DNA of 64,000 bases from the human T2T-CHM13v2.0 reference genome, Homo sapiens: the NCBI RefSeq assembly GCF_009914755.1, contig NC_060928.1; one strand, given 5' to 3'. A program made the translations under genes and the position numbers. How positions within the stretch are numbered: position 1 is the stretch's first letter; the number at the start of each line of letters is the position of its first letter. The notes beneath the pieces are model-generated. The model had not been told where the DNA came from and did no database searches. It worked only from the letters and a program-made list of their open reading frames with translations. Shown piece after piece: positions 49,701 through 62,094 of the stretch.

Positions 49701-52700
49701 TTTGGGTCTTCTCTCTTTTTCTCTATTAGTCTGGCTAAAGTTTTGTCAATTTTGTTTATATTTTCAAAGAAAAACCAATGTTTTGCTTTGTTGATGTTTT
49801 GTATCTTTTTTTCTTTTTTTTAATTTTATTATTATTATACTTTAAGTTTTAGGGTACATGTGCACAATGTGCAGGTTAGTTACATATGTATACATGTGCC
49901 ATGCTGGTGTGCTGCACCCATTAACTCGTCATTTAGCTTGTTTATGCTCTGATCTTTATTATTTCTTTGGTTGTATCAATTTTGGGTTTGGTTTGCCCTT
50001 GCTATTCTTATTCTTTAAGATGCATCATTAGGTGGCTTATTTGAAGTTCTTTATTTTTTTATGTAGGCATGTAGAGCTATAGATTTCCCTCTTGGTACTG
50101 CTTCTGCTGTATCCCATAGGTTTTGGTATGTTGTATTTCCATTATCATTTGTTTCAAGAAATTTTTCAATTTCTTTCTTAAATTCTTTATTGACCCACTG
50201 GTCAGTCAGGAGTATATTGTGTAATTTTCATGTGTATGTATAGTTTCCAAAATTCCTCTTGTTATTGATTTCTAGTTTTATTCCATTGTGGTCAGTGAAG
50301 ATGCTTGATATTATTTCAATTTTTTTAATGTTTTAAGACTTGTTTGTAACCTAACATGTGGTCTCTCCTTGAATATAATTCATGTGCTGAGGAAAATTCT
50401 GCAGACATTGGATAAAATGCTCTGTAAATATCTGGTAGGTCCATTTGCTGTATGGTGCAGATTACCTGCAATATTTATTTGTTGATTTACTGTCCAATGC
50501 TGAAAGTGGGGTGTTGAAGTCTCCACCTATTATTGTATTGGGGTCTATCTCTCTCTTTAGCTCTAATAATATTTACTTAATATATCTGGGTGCTCTAGTA
50601 TTGGGTGCATATCTATTTATAATTGTTATATCCTCTTGCTGAACTGGGCCCTTTATCATTATATAGTGACCTTCTTTGTCCTCTCTTTTAAATTTTCTCT
50701 TAAAATCTATTTTGTCTGATATAAGTATAGCTACTCTTGCTCTTTTTTTTTTGGTTTCTATTGGTGTTGAATATCTTTTTCCATCCCGTTACTTTCAGTC
50801 TATGTGTGTCTTTGTAGGTGAAGTGTGTTTCTTGCATGCAACAGGTCACTGGGTCTTGTTTTTTTAATCCCTTCAGCCACTCTGTGTCTTTTGGAGAGTT
50901 TATTCCATTTACATTTAATTAATGATAAATTAGAACTTACCCCTGCCTTTTCATTATTTGTTTTTTGGTTGTTTTGTGGTCTTCTTTTTCTTCTTTCCCG
51001 TTTCCCTTTAAGTGAAGGTGATTTTCTCTGGTATTATGATTTAATTTATTGCTTTTTAATTTTCATATCTCTGTTGTAGACTTTTTGGTTTGAGGTTACC
51101 ATGAGGCTTGCAAATATTATCTTATAACCCATTACTTTATGCTGATGGCAACTTAACACTGTTTGCATAAACAAACAAGAAAAAAATAAAACTAATAAAA
51201 ACTACACACCTGCTTTTTAACTTTTTGTTGTTTCTATTTATATCTTATTGTACTATGTCTTGGAAAGTTTTTATAGTTATCATTTTTGATTGATTCATCT
51301 TTTAATCTATTTAAGATAGATTACACATCACAGTGATGATGTTATAATATTCTGTGTTTTCTGTGTATTTACTATTAACAGTGAGTTTTGTACCTTCAGA
51401 TGATTGCTCATTGCTCATTAATGTCCTTTTCTTTTCTGACTGAAGAACTGCCTTTACAATTTCTGGTAGGTCAGGTCTGGTGTTGATGAAATCCCTCAGC
51501 TTTTGTTTGTCTGGGAAAGTCTTTAATTTTCCTTCATGTTTGCAGGATATTCTTGCCAGATATACTATTCTAGGGTAAAAGTTTTTTTCCTTTAGCACTT
51601 CAAATATGTCACACCACTCTCTTCTGGCACTGAAAAGTCTGCTGCCAGATGCATTGGAGCTCCATTTTATGTTACTTATTTCTTTTCTCTTGCTGCTTTT
51701 AGAATCCTTTCTTTATCCTTGATATTTGGGAGCTTGATTATTAAATGCCTTGAGGTGGTCTTCTTTGGATTAAATCTACTTGGTGTTCTATAACCTTGTT
51801 GTACTTGGATATTGATGTCTTTCCCTAGGTTTGAGATGTTCTCTCTTGCTATCTTTCTAAATAAACTTTCTACCCCTATCTCTTTCTCTACCTCCTCTTT
51901 AAGGCCAATAACTCATAGATTTGCCCTGTTGAGGCTATTTGCTGCATTCTGCAGATGTGCTTCATTGTTTTTTATTTGCTTTTCTTTGGTCTCCTCTGAC
52001 TGTGTACTGTCAAATAGCTTGTCTTGAAGCTCACTAACTATTTCTTCTGTTTGATTAATGTTTTTAAAAGACTCTGGTGCACTCTTCAGTATGTCAGTTA
52101 CGTTTTTCAACTCCAGAGTTTCTGCTTGATTTTTTTCTAATTATTTTAATTTCTTTATTAAATTTTTCTGGTAGAATGCTTCTCTGTGTTATCTAGAATT
52201 TCTTAGAGTTTCCACAACACAGCTGTTTTGAATTCTCTGTCTGAAAGGTCACATATCTCTGTTTCTCCAGCATTGGTCTCTGGTGCCTTATTTAGTTTAT
52301 TTGGTGAAGTCATATTTTCCTGGATGGTCTTGGTGTTTGTGGATGTGTCAGTATCTGGGCATTGAAGAGTAAGATATTTATGGTAGTATTTCCAGTCTGG
52401 GATTGTTTGTACCCATTCTTTTTGAGAAGGCTTTCCAGATATTCAAAAAAATTTGGGTGTTGTAATCTAAGACATATCTGCATTATGGGGCACCCTAAAC
52501 CCAATAATGCTGTGGTTCTTGCAGACTCATAGAGGTACCACCTTGATGGTCTTGGATAAGATCCAGAAGAATTCTCTGGATTACTAGGCAGAGAAGAGAC
52601 TCTTATCCTTTTTCCTTACTTCCTCCCAAACAGAGTCTCTCTCTCTCTGTTGTGAGCCTCCTGGAGCTGGAGGTGACACAAGCACCCCTGTTGCCACCAC

Positions 52701-54335
52701 CACTGGGACTGTGCTGGCTCAGACCTGAAGCCAGCGTGGCACTGGGTTTTGCCTGAGGTCCACTGTAACCACTACCTGGCTACCACCTATATATGCTCAA
52801 GGCCCTAGGGCTCTATGATCAATAGATGGCAAAACCAGCCAGGCCTGTGTCCTTCCCAGATGGGTCCAGAGCTACTGTCCAGGAGCCAGGGACTAGAGTC
52901 AAAAATCTTAGAAGTCTACCTACTATTCTATTGTACTGTGGCTGAGCTGGCACTCAAACCATGAGATGTAGTCTTCCCACTCTACCCTCCTTTTTCCACA
53001 GACAGAGGAGCCTCACCCCATGACCACCACCACAGCAGGCCCACAGGGAGTACTGCTGTGCTACTGCCAATGTTATCTTAAGGCCCAAGGGCTCTTCAGT
53101 CAGCTTGTGGTGAATGTTGCCTGGGCTGGGACTCACCCTTCATGGCAGTGGGCTCCCTCTCCCCAGGGAAGGTCCAGAAATGCCATGTAAAAACCATGGC
53201 CTACAATCAGAGACTCCAACAGCCCACTTGATGCTCTACCCACCCTGTGGCTGGGCTGGTACCTAAGGTGCAAGACAAAGTCCGCTTTACTTTTCTCTCT
53301 GCTTTTCTCAAGCAGAGGGATTGTTTCCCTGTAGCCACCACAGTTGAGAATTTGCTGACTCTTATCTGAAGCCAGCAAGTCTCAGAGTCTCACCCAAAGC
53401 CCTCGGCATACTACCTGGGCATTGCTTCTGGTTATTCAGTGCCCCAGGGCTCTTTAGTTAGCAGGTATTTGGTCCTGCCAGGACTGGATCCTTCCCTTCA
53501 AGGCAGCAGGTTCTTTTCCTTCCCAGGGTGTGTCTAGAAATGTCATCTGGGAGAAAAGGGGCCTCATGACTCTTCCTGGTGCCCTATACTACTTTGGCTG
53601 AGCTGCTATCCAAGATGCAAGAGTAAGTCCTCTTTACTTTTTTTTCTCCTCTTCTCAAGTGGAAGGAAGAAGTTCATTTTGGAGCAGAGAGCTGTGCATC
53701 TTGGGGTTGAAGGATGGGTGGTACAAGCACTCCATTAGCCACCCTGCTGGTGTCTCTGTAGGTCTTATGGACCCCAAGTGCATTAGCTCTGAGCTGAGTT
53801 GAGCACTAGGACTTGTCTAAGAGTTTCATTTCTTGTGGCCTAGACTGACTTTCACGTTTATTTAGTTCTCCAGAGCATTTTAGCCTATGGAGGGGAGTCT
53901 TGCCAGAACTCAAGTTTGAACTGCTGGGATGGGTGATTCCCCTCTGGCTAGAGGTGGTTTAAATACTCCCTCCATGGTGGGCATCAGCTGAGTTCAGCCT
54001 GGTTTTGCTTTCTACTCTGGCAGGGCAGCACTGAGTGTAATGCAATGTCTCACAATTGCTGCATTCTCCCTCTCCCAAGCACACAAATTCTCTCTCTGCA
54101 CCATGCAGCCTCTACTGGGGGATAGGACAGGAGTGTCATTGGCAATTCAATACTTTTTCTGCCCGCTTCAGTGCTTCTTTTAGCTGTATGAGCTTAAAAC
54201 CAGGTACTGTGGGTCCTCACCTCATTTTTGCTTCTTATGAAGATGTTTTTTGTGTAGATAGTTGTTAAAATGGTGTCTTTGTTGGGGGAATGATCGATGA
54301 AGCCATCTATTCAGCCACCTTGCTCTGTCCCTTCC
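46748..54335 (-). mobile_element. Near-full-length decayed L1 (L1MA2-like), ~7.6 kb
   Basis: ORF2 fragments ([13 protein letters not shown]; [14 protein letters not shown]; [14 protein letters not shown]) and ORF1 fragments (LKEKNFYPRIVYLARIS...FPDKQKLRDF). Long 5' UTR at 52.5-54.3 kb. TSD cttatttact(t/g)ctt (46734-46747 / 54336-54349). Confidence 0.93.
49806..49937 (-). mobile_element. Very short L1PA 3' end (~130 bp) nested in the L1MA2
   Basis: T-rich tail plus ttatactttaagttttagggtacatgtgcacaatgtgcagg...cccattaactcgtcatttagc. Confidence 0.92.
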
Positions 54336-54382
54336 CTTATTTACTGCTTCCAATCATCCTGGGATTTCATAATGTTCTACTT

Positions 54383-54968
54383 TGTATTTGCTTTATATTG
54401 CCATGTAACAAGTGGTCACAAGTTTAGCCACTTAAAAAAACATGCATTTATTATTTTATAATTTCTGTGGGTTGAAAATCTGGGCACAACTTAGCTGGTT
54501 CTCTTCTTTAGGGTTTTACTAGCCTGCAGTTTAAGTTCTGTCTGTGGCTGTAGTCTCCATAGAAGCTTGGCTGGAGAAGGATACACTTCCAAGTTCCCTT
54601 GGGTTTTGGCAGAATTGATTTCCTTGTGGCTGCAGAACTGAGGGCTTCAGTTTATTTCTGGAAACAGCTCTTAGTTCCTAAGGGTCATCCACAGTTTTTT
54701 GCCATGTGAACTCCAATACGGCAAGTTATTCAGGACAGCTTGCTTCTTCAAAACTCACAAAGGGTTGGGGGAGGGTCTCACTAGTATGTCCACTTTCAAG
54801 ACAAAATCTTGTATAAATCGTAATAATCACGGTAATGACATCTGATCACTTTTGCCATATTCTACTGGCTAGAAGAAAGTAATACGTTCCACCCACACTC
54901 AAAAGAGGGGATTATTTATACAAGGACATGGATGAGATTTAAGGACCACCTTAAATCTGCCCACCACA
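54383..54968 (-). mobile_element. MaLR solo LTR (MLT1E/F-like)
   Basis: attgccatgtaacaag...ctgggcacaacttagctgg...ttggcagaattgatttccttgtggctg...cactttgccatattctactggctagaag...ctgcccaccaca. Confidence 0.8.
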
Positions 54969-55649
54969 TAAATTTTATGTAGGGCTAAACTGAGCCTGAG
55001 TGATTCTTCGATCTTTCCAAGAAAATCAACATAAAACACATATTATAGAGATGTTTTAATTGGACTCACAGCATCCAATTAAAACAAAAAACCCCAGAAC
55101 TTTAGAAAAAGCCAACTTTATTTTCATTGTTGAATTAGGTACTTCCAACATACATCTAAGTAAATTCTTGATTTTAAAAAAGGTAACTGATTTCCTTTAA
55201 AAAAGGAAAATATATTATTTATTTCAAGTCCCTGGAGTAAAGTTAATATTAAAAAATAGAATTGTTTTATTCTTACATACTTTATATTTAACATTTCTAT
55301 ATTAAATACTAAAAATAATCTTTTTATGACTAACCTCACAGGTTAAATGGGAAGCGGTGATCATTATTGGAAGTTGTAAATAAATCTAGATATAAGTTCT
55401 TAGGTTATCTATAGAGGAGAACATAGCACTATTACATATTAAACATCAAGAAATGGAATTAGTTAATTATTTAATGAACACTGCTGTGCTAGTAGACAAA
55501 GTCCCAACATGTTTATGGTTCTATGCATTGTTTGGAATGGAAGTTACTAGAAGACAAGTACTATTAAAGTAATATTTTCTTCCTTTTAACTCTTCTGGCT
55601 TTTTGCCTACGTTTTCTTATGATAGCTATTTCTTTACAGCTTGTCCTGT

Positions 55650-55712
55650 TGTGTGTTTGTGTATGCATGCACGTGGTTGTGTGTGTGTGTGTGTGAGTGT
55701 GTGTGTGTGTGT
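55650..55712. repeat. (TG)n microsatellite, imperfect
   Basis: Read directly. Confidence 0.9.
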
Positions 55713-55790
55713 ATTCTCTTCTACCAGAATGAAATAAATTTTTGGGCTGAACATATACTTATGTCATCTTTTCTCTTCCAAAATAGCATC

Positions 55791-56251
55791 CGTTAAGAGG
55801 TTGAATTGTGTCTGTCAAAAAAAAACCATGTTGAACTCCTAACTTATGGTACTTGTGAATGTGATCTTATTTGGAAAGTTTAGTTTTACAGAAGTAATTA
55901 AATTAAGATAAAGTCATTGGATTAGACCCAAATTCAATATAACTGGGGTCTTTACAAGAGGTAAAGAAGACGTCAAAATACAGACACACAGGCAGAATGC
56001 CATGAGACAACAGAAGCAGAGATTAGAGTGATGCAGTTGTAAACTGAAGAATGCCAACAATTGATGGTAACCATGAGAATCTAGGAACAAGCAAGGAAAG
56101 ATTTTCCCCTACAGGTTTTAGAGGGAGCAGGGCCCTGCTGACACATTGATTTTGATCATTTAGCCCCCAGAACTGTTAAGACAATAAATTTCCGTTATTT
56201 TAAGTGACCTAGTTTGTGGTGATTTTGTGGCAGCCTTAGGAGACTCATACA
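55791..56251 (+). mobile_element. MaLR solo LTR (MLT1B/C-like)
   Basis: ggttgaattgtgtc...gaatgtgatcttatttggaaa...agagggagcagggccctgctgacac...ggcagccttaggagactcataca. TSD gcatc/acatc. Confidence 0.85.
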
Positions 56252-56511
56252 ACATCCAGCATATTTGTTGTGTTATACATGGGAAGCACTTAAGTAATAT
56301 ACCTTTAAAATGTATTGCAATTTTGGGCCCTCTAAAAATTTACTTTATTTCAATGAATATAAGATGACACCAGTTATATGATACAGCATTATTTTATATA
56401 TTTTCTGAACTCCATCAGTTTCCACAAAACACTTGAATTTGTTTTCAAATAAAAGAATGGAATTGTGGTTATTCATGCAATAATGAATATTTGTTTCATT
56501 AAGAGTCTTAT

Positions 56512-56858
<347 letters not shown>

Positions 56859-56884
56859 TCATAGATTAATATATTTTAAAGTTT

Positions 56885-57169
56885 TAAATATTGGGGTCTC
56901 ACTCTGTCTATCCAGGCTGGAGTGTAGTGATACCATCATGGCTCACTGCAGCATTGAACTTCTGGGCTCAAGTGATCCCCCACCTCAGCCTCTTGAGCAG
57001 CTAGGACTACAGGCATGCACCACCACACCAGCTAATGTTTCAAAAATATTTTTAGAGATGGAGTCTTGCTATGTTGCTCACGCTGCTCTCAAAGTCCTAC
57101 CCTCAAACAATCTCCTTTCTCAGCCTCTCAAGTCATTGTTATTATAGGCGTGAGCCATTGTGCCAGGCT
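56885..57169 (-). mobile_element. Alu SINE, AluJ
   Basis: ggggtctcactctgtc...ccaggctggagtgtagtg...ctgggctcaagtgatcc...gcgtgagccattgtgccaggc. Confidence 0.92.
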
Positions 57170-57679
57170 TAGACATTTTAAATCACGATTAAACAATGTG
57201 TAGTATTGGCAATGCACAGAAGTACAGTGAAAGGACAATATGTACAGCCAGGACTTAATTCATGCACACACAAAGAATGACAAAGTCTCTTTGATGCATG
57301 ACTGACAGTAGCTACAAGGCTCTGTAGATTTTACAATGCATCCCAGTTTCAGAGATGTTGAAATGTGAAAAACATATGTGTCTTAAAATGAATAAAACAA
57401 AGCAGTAGCGATAACAATGTGATAGCTACCATAGTGCTGCTCAGCTTGGGGGAAAAAGGGCTCCATATAGAAAACAAAGGATAATCCAAATCATAGTTTA
57501 AACATTATATTTCCCTGCTCATTTAAATTTACTACATTTTCTTTGAGGGGGCTAGAAACACCCATTTGAAGGCCAAGAAAAAGTTGAATCAATTTTGTTT
57601 CAACTTCATATAAAGTAGATTAGGATATTATTATAGAAAAAAGGAAGCAATTAAGGGGATGCCACTTTGGCAAGCAAGA

Positions 57680-57765
57680 AAGCTAAACAGAGAAAGAGAG
57701 AGAGAAAGAAAGAGAGGAAGGAAGGAAGGAAGAAGGAAGGAAGGAAGGAAGGAAGGAAGGAAGGA

Positions 57766-57796
<31 letters not shown>

Positions 57797-57825
57797 CAAG
57801 CAAAGCAAAGCGGGCAGGGAAAGAA
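57680..57825. repeat. Compound (GA)n/(GGAA)n/(GGCA)n microsatellite
   Basis: 4+8 GGAA units (57716-57766), then 8 GGCA units (57767-57798). Confidence 0.95.
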
Positions 57826-57869
57826 AGGGCACTGTTGAATAGAAATATAAAGTAACACTAGGATGCGGG

Positions 57870-58015
57870 TACATTACAACCTCTATTTTCCAAGTGAGGA
57901 ACTGAAGCAGAGTTATTCAGATTGCCAGGAATACATGATTCGGGATGTACAGAGTAAAGATTTGAGCTCAGACTGCCTGAATTCAGAGTTCCCCCCAAGA
58001 CCTCTATGCTAATCT
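57870..58015 (-). mobile_element. MIR SINE relic
   Basis: ctctattttccaagtgaggaactgaagcagagtta...gatttgagctcagactgcctgaattcagag. Confidence 0.65.
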
Positions 58016-58344
58016 GCCTTTGACCTTTGACAGGGAGTCAGAGGGAGGGTGGGGAGGGGCAGCTGTGTGTTTAAATCTAACAGAAAGGTCTTGTAAAAAT
58101 TCTATCTACATTTATTCAAATAATAACAGGTTACTCCAGTACTATTGTTCACCAAGTTATTATTCTGACATGAGTAGTAGAAAGATCTCAACCATTTCCA
58201 AAATAATTTCTTATAATCATTAAAATTTTGGTCTTGATTTCTAAAAGCTGGGCACTTTAAACAGTTATTAAGGCCCTGGCTTCCTTATCTAAAAATAAAT
58301 TAAGGGTCCTTTTTGCATTTTTATTATGTACCATATCTTAAAAA

Positions 58345-58500
58345 TGTGTTCATGCATTCATTCATTCAACCAACATTGATTGAAACTCTATCATGTGGCA
58401 TACATTGTGCCAAGGGATGTGCAAACAGCAGGAAACAACACAGCCAGGATGCCTGCCCTCACATAGCTTACTGTCTCATCTAGCAGTGAAGACAGACTTT
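58345..58500 (-). mobile_element. L2 3' end relic
   Basis: ttcatgcattcattcattcaaccaacattgattga...cctgccctcacatagcttactgtct. Confidence 0.7.
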
Positions 58501-59138
58501 AAACTCCAAAAGTAAGTACTTAGGTTTTAAACATTCACCTTTGCAGAGATTTGGGCTCACAAAAATAATCCTGAAAAAGCTGGAATGATGAAGTTTCTCA
58601 ATGAAGCATTAAACAGATGGCTGTAACAAGTGCCATATCTGAGTTTGATCTTATGGCAACTGCAAAGATAGTGAATAACATCTGCAAGTGATTTCAAAGT
58701 AATAAAAACTGCTCTTGTTTAAAGATCTTCTGTGAATAGCTGCATTGCCTTCTCAAATTGGCAGTGCAGAAAGCTCTCTACAGAATAACATTATTTTGTT
58801 ATGGAATCTTTATGAAGGAATAAGATCCACCCCAAAAGGAATGTATTAATTAGAGACAAACTGATCACTACTATTCTTAGATTTTAACCAATTAAGTCTT
58901 ACAAATTTGATTATTTTAATTAGGGAAGATATTCTCAGAGGAATTTTGGTAGTTTTGGTCTGGAGAGCAAGAAGAGGAAAAAAGAGAGGTGGCAAAAAGA
59001 CATGTAGCTGATGCAAGAAAATGTTTTAGAATAAAAATGTCAGATATTGAATTTTCAGTTTTCATGTGCTGCAAAATAAAGTTCTCTTAATCTCCCAACC
59101 CTTTATCAAAGTTGTTGCATGTTCAGAGACTTGACATG

Positions 59139-59210
59139 GGTGTGTGTGTGTGTGGATGTGTGTGTGTGTGTGTGTGCGCACATGCCTGCACGTGCCTGCG
59201 TGTGGGTGTG
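59139..59210. repeat. (TG)n microsatellite, imperfect
   Basis: Read directly. Confidence 0.9.
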
Positions 59211-59494
59211 CATCAGATCAAAGAGGTTAAACTTCATGTTTAGATTGACTATCTAGGAATAAAGACAAAACAAAAAGCAAAACTTAAGTGGAGACAAAAT
59301 GCCAGAGCCAGAGATGCCAGAGAAACACAACTGCACCCCACACAGATGCAGACCCAGACACAGACACACACACACTTCCAGAAATTTCCGGGAATTACGT
59401 ATTTGCTTTAAAAAAAATGGATTCAAATCAAATTTATCTGTATCTATTCTAGCTCTTAAGGATTTATGTTACATAAGAATAGTTGAAAAAAATA

Positions 59495-59680
59495 AAAATA
59501 GTAGCTAACATCTGTCAAGAGCCTGCATTGTTATTTAATCCTCAGAGCTACGGAAGGTCAGTTGCTTCATCGCTATTTTACAGAAAGGGAAACTAAGAAT
59601 GGTTCAATAAGATCACAAAAATAGGAAGGGCAAGGAGGAATCTTATCTCTATTGGACTCCAAAGTTTGTGGGTTTAACTC
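59495..59680 (-). mobile_element. MIR SINE relic
   Basis: aatagtagctaacat...atttaatcctca...attttacagaaagggaaactaag. Confidence 0.6.
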
Positions 59681-62094
59681 TGCTTAGCCTGAACAAGACC
59701 GGGGAAGAGCACAATCGCTTTCCTAAAATGGATAAAAACAGTCAGTCAACAAGAGGAACAAATCTTCTCTCCTATTCAGAGATAGATCCAGAAACAATTA
59801 ATAAGCACTTTGGGGAGGAAGTTTTGTCTCCATATCAACAATTTCAGCCACTAGATCTTTCCAACTGTGGAACTGCCTAGGATATAAGGCAGAGGTTGGA
59901 TGAATGATCATATGACAAAAATACCATGAGAGATATGGGAGATGGGGTGAGGTGGGAGCTGGTGATTTTCAGGCTCCATGAAAGCCTAACATTCTATAAA
60001 CCAAAATTCTTTGTCAAGAAAAAATAAATTTTCTTTATCTTTTTTTTCCGAGTTCTGTGGATATAAGACCAGAGGTTTTAGACTATTAGATACCTGATTC
60101 TAACCCCAATTTCTACTTCTGACTTTAAGCTGCAAATGGCATTATTCAAGTCTTATGTTATTATTTTAACTCCAATAGGAAAAAAATGATGAAGAATAAA
60201 CTCAAATGTTTTTTGCATAAACTATTCCTAAGCTAGATTATCCCATCTTTGAATGTGTTCAATTTGGCATCGGTCCCCAGAATTTCAGAAAATATACCCA
60301 ATATTTTTTGGAATAGAATCAAATGCATGAATATCCAATAGAAAATTTATTTGTCCTTATGGTATAAGAATTCTTCTTAAGTAACTATGATCTGTGTATT
60401 TGAAGGTGGCCTTAAAATTAATGAAGCCTGGGATAGCCCTGGAAGAAATCCCAGTCTCTCTTGGATGGCTGTAGAGGAACATAAAACTTTGCTCAACCAT
60501 AAAATGATTATGCATAAATCCAACCTACTCAGACTTACTCCTCAACAAAAAACATTAAGAGAATTTTTCAAGATCATTACAAGCATCAAAAGGAAGATGA
60601 GGCCATGATTTTAAAATACATTTTTCCTCATAATTTTCAAACACTTCTGGATCAGGAAGATTCATACACCAGTGGCTCTTCTTCCTGGCAAAGCTACAAT
60701 CGAATATATCCATGTACATACATGTGTGCATGCATCATGCATGTGTATATTTCTTATAAGATTTTCATTGTATATTCCATTAGCATTTAATGCATTTTTT
60801 GCTTTTTACAATTGAGTCATAAATCTCACTGATGGATATGGAATTGAGGTCACTCTTGCTGCTCTGTGTAGCAAAGTCAATCACACCCTGAGGGTCAGCT
60901 AATGCTGTTCTTCATGGCTTGTTCAGGGGAACTTTGAAATAAGACATCCATCTGTCTGGAATGTCAGCATTTTCAGCATACAGACTTGCCTTTTCATCAT
61001 CAGTAAGGATACAGCCCTGGGAGTGTTATTTTTTTTTTTGCTAAGTATAGCAAACTCTTCATGGTCCAGTGCATTAAATGTTGTCTTCTCACGAATGATA
61101 TTTTCAGTAGGTCATCCATTCACTGCCTTCTGTAAATATTCAGAAAATAGCTGTCAGCAATCACCTGAGTCAATGCAAGTTTCTGATTAATGGGAAAAGT
61201 TGAGTGAGCCATGCCTAGCCTATTCATCTTTTACTGTAGTGCTATCAAAAAGAGAAACAACTTTAATAAATTGGATTTTTTGCAGAAAGTATTATAGTTA
61301 TATTTTGGTTGATAATTAGGTTTGTGGGCCACCAATCATCTGATTTTGATTTAACCATATGTCAAACATTTTAAATATGTTAAATCATTGTAAAAGCACA
61401 TTTGTTAATGTTTTAATTAATAAATAATCACTTGTTGAACATATGCTGTATGCTAAAGAATAGTCTAAGCGCTTAAAATGTATTATGAGGTATAACTCTC
61501 ATTAAACTTTGGGAAAGAGATAAGTATTATTTGGACTCACTGTACAAATGAGAAAAATGAGGCATAGTTCAGTTCTAAACTTATTCTAAGTCATATAGCT
61601 AGTAACAGAATACTTGTGGTGATATATGCATATTTTCATACTAATTTAACTAGTAAGTAACGAATTTTATAACCAAATTTCCAGTCATAAGTAAGAAAAC
61701 AATCCACTATCAACAGGAGTGAATAAAAAATACTGTACATACTTGCAATTTATGACAATTATTAACATCAAATAATCACAGGAAAAATATTTACACCAAT
61801 GTCAATTTTTAAACATGGAATTTAAAAGGATTTGTTCACTACAATTATAACTGTGCAAAAGAGACATTTATGTGGAAAAATGAAAAAGAATATTAATAAA
61901 GAAAACTATATGGGTAACGTTATTTTAGTTTTTTCAAATTTCCCTTAATGTTGTTATTGCATTGTTTATGCAATGAAAATTACTCAAGTTAAAATTTCTA
62001 AAGTAAAAAATCACATTGGTTAACAATTTTTATATGATTCAAATTATTATATATACACACATATTTGCATACACATGTATGTATATATACACAC

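Noticed and set aside
27205-54335. Active L1s, or inversion-prone inverted L1 pair
   Set aside because: Both long L1s are riddled with stops and frameshifts and belong to different old subfamilies. They are too diverged for efficient recombination.
57631-57874. ORFs with LPAC/LPSF or EGRK/AGRQ repeats
   Set aside because: They are translations of the GGAA/GGCA microsatellite.
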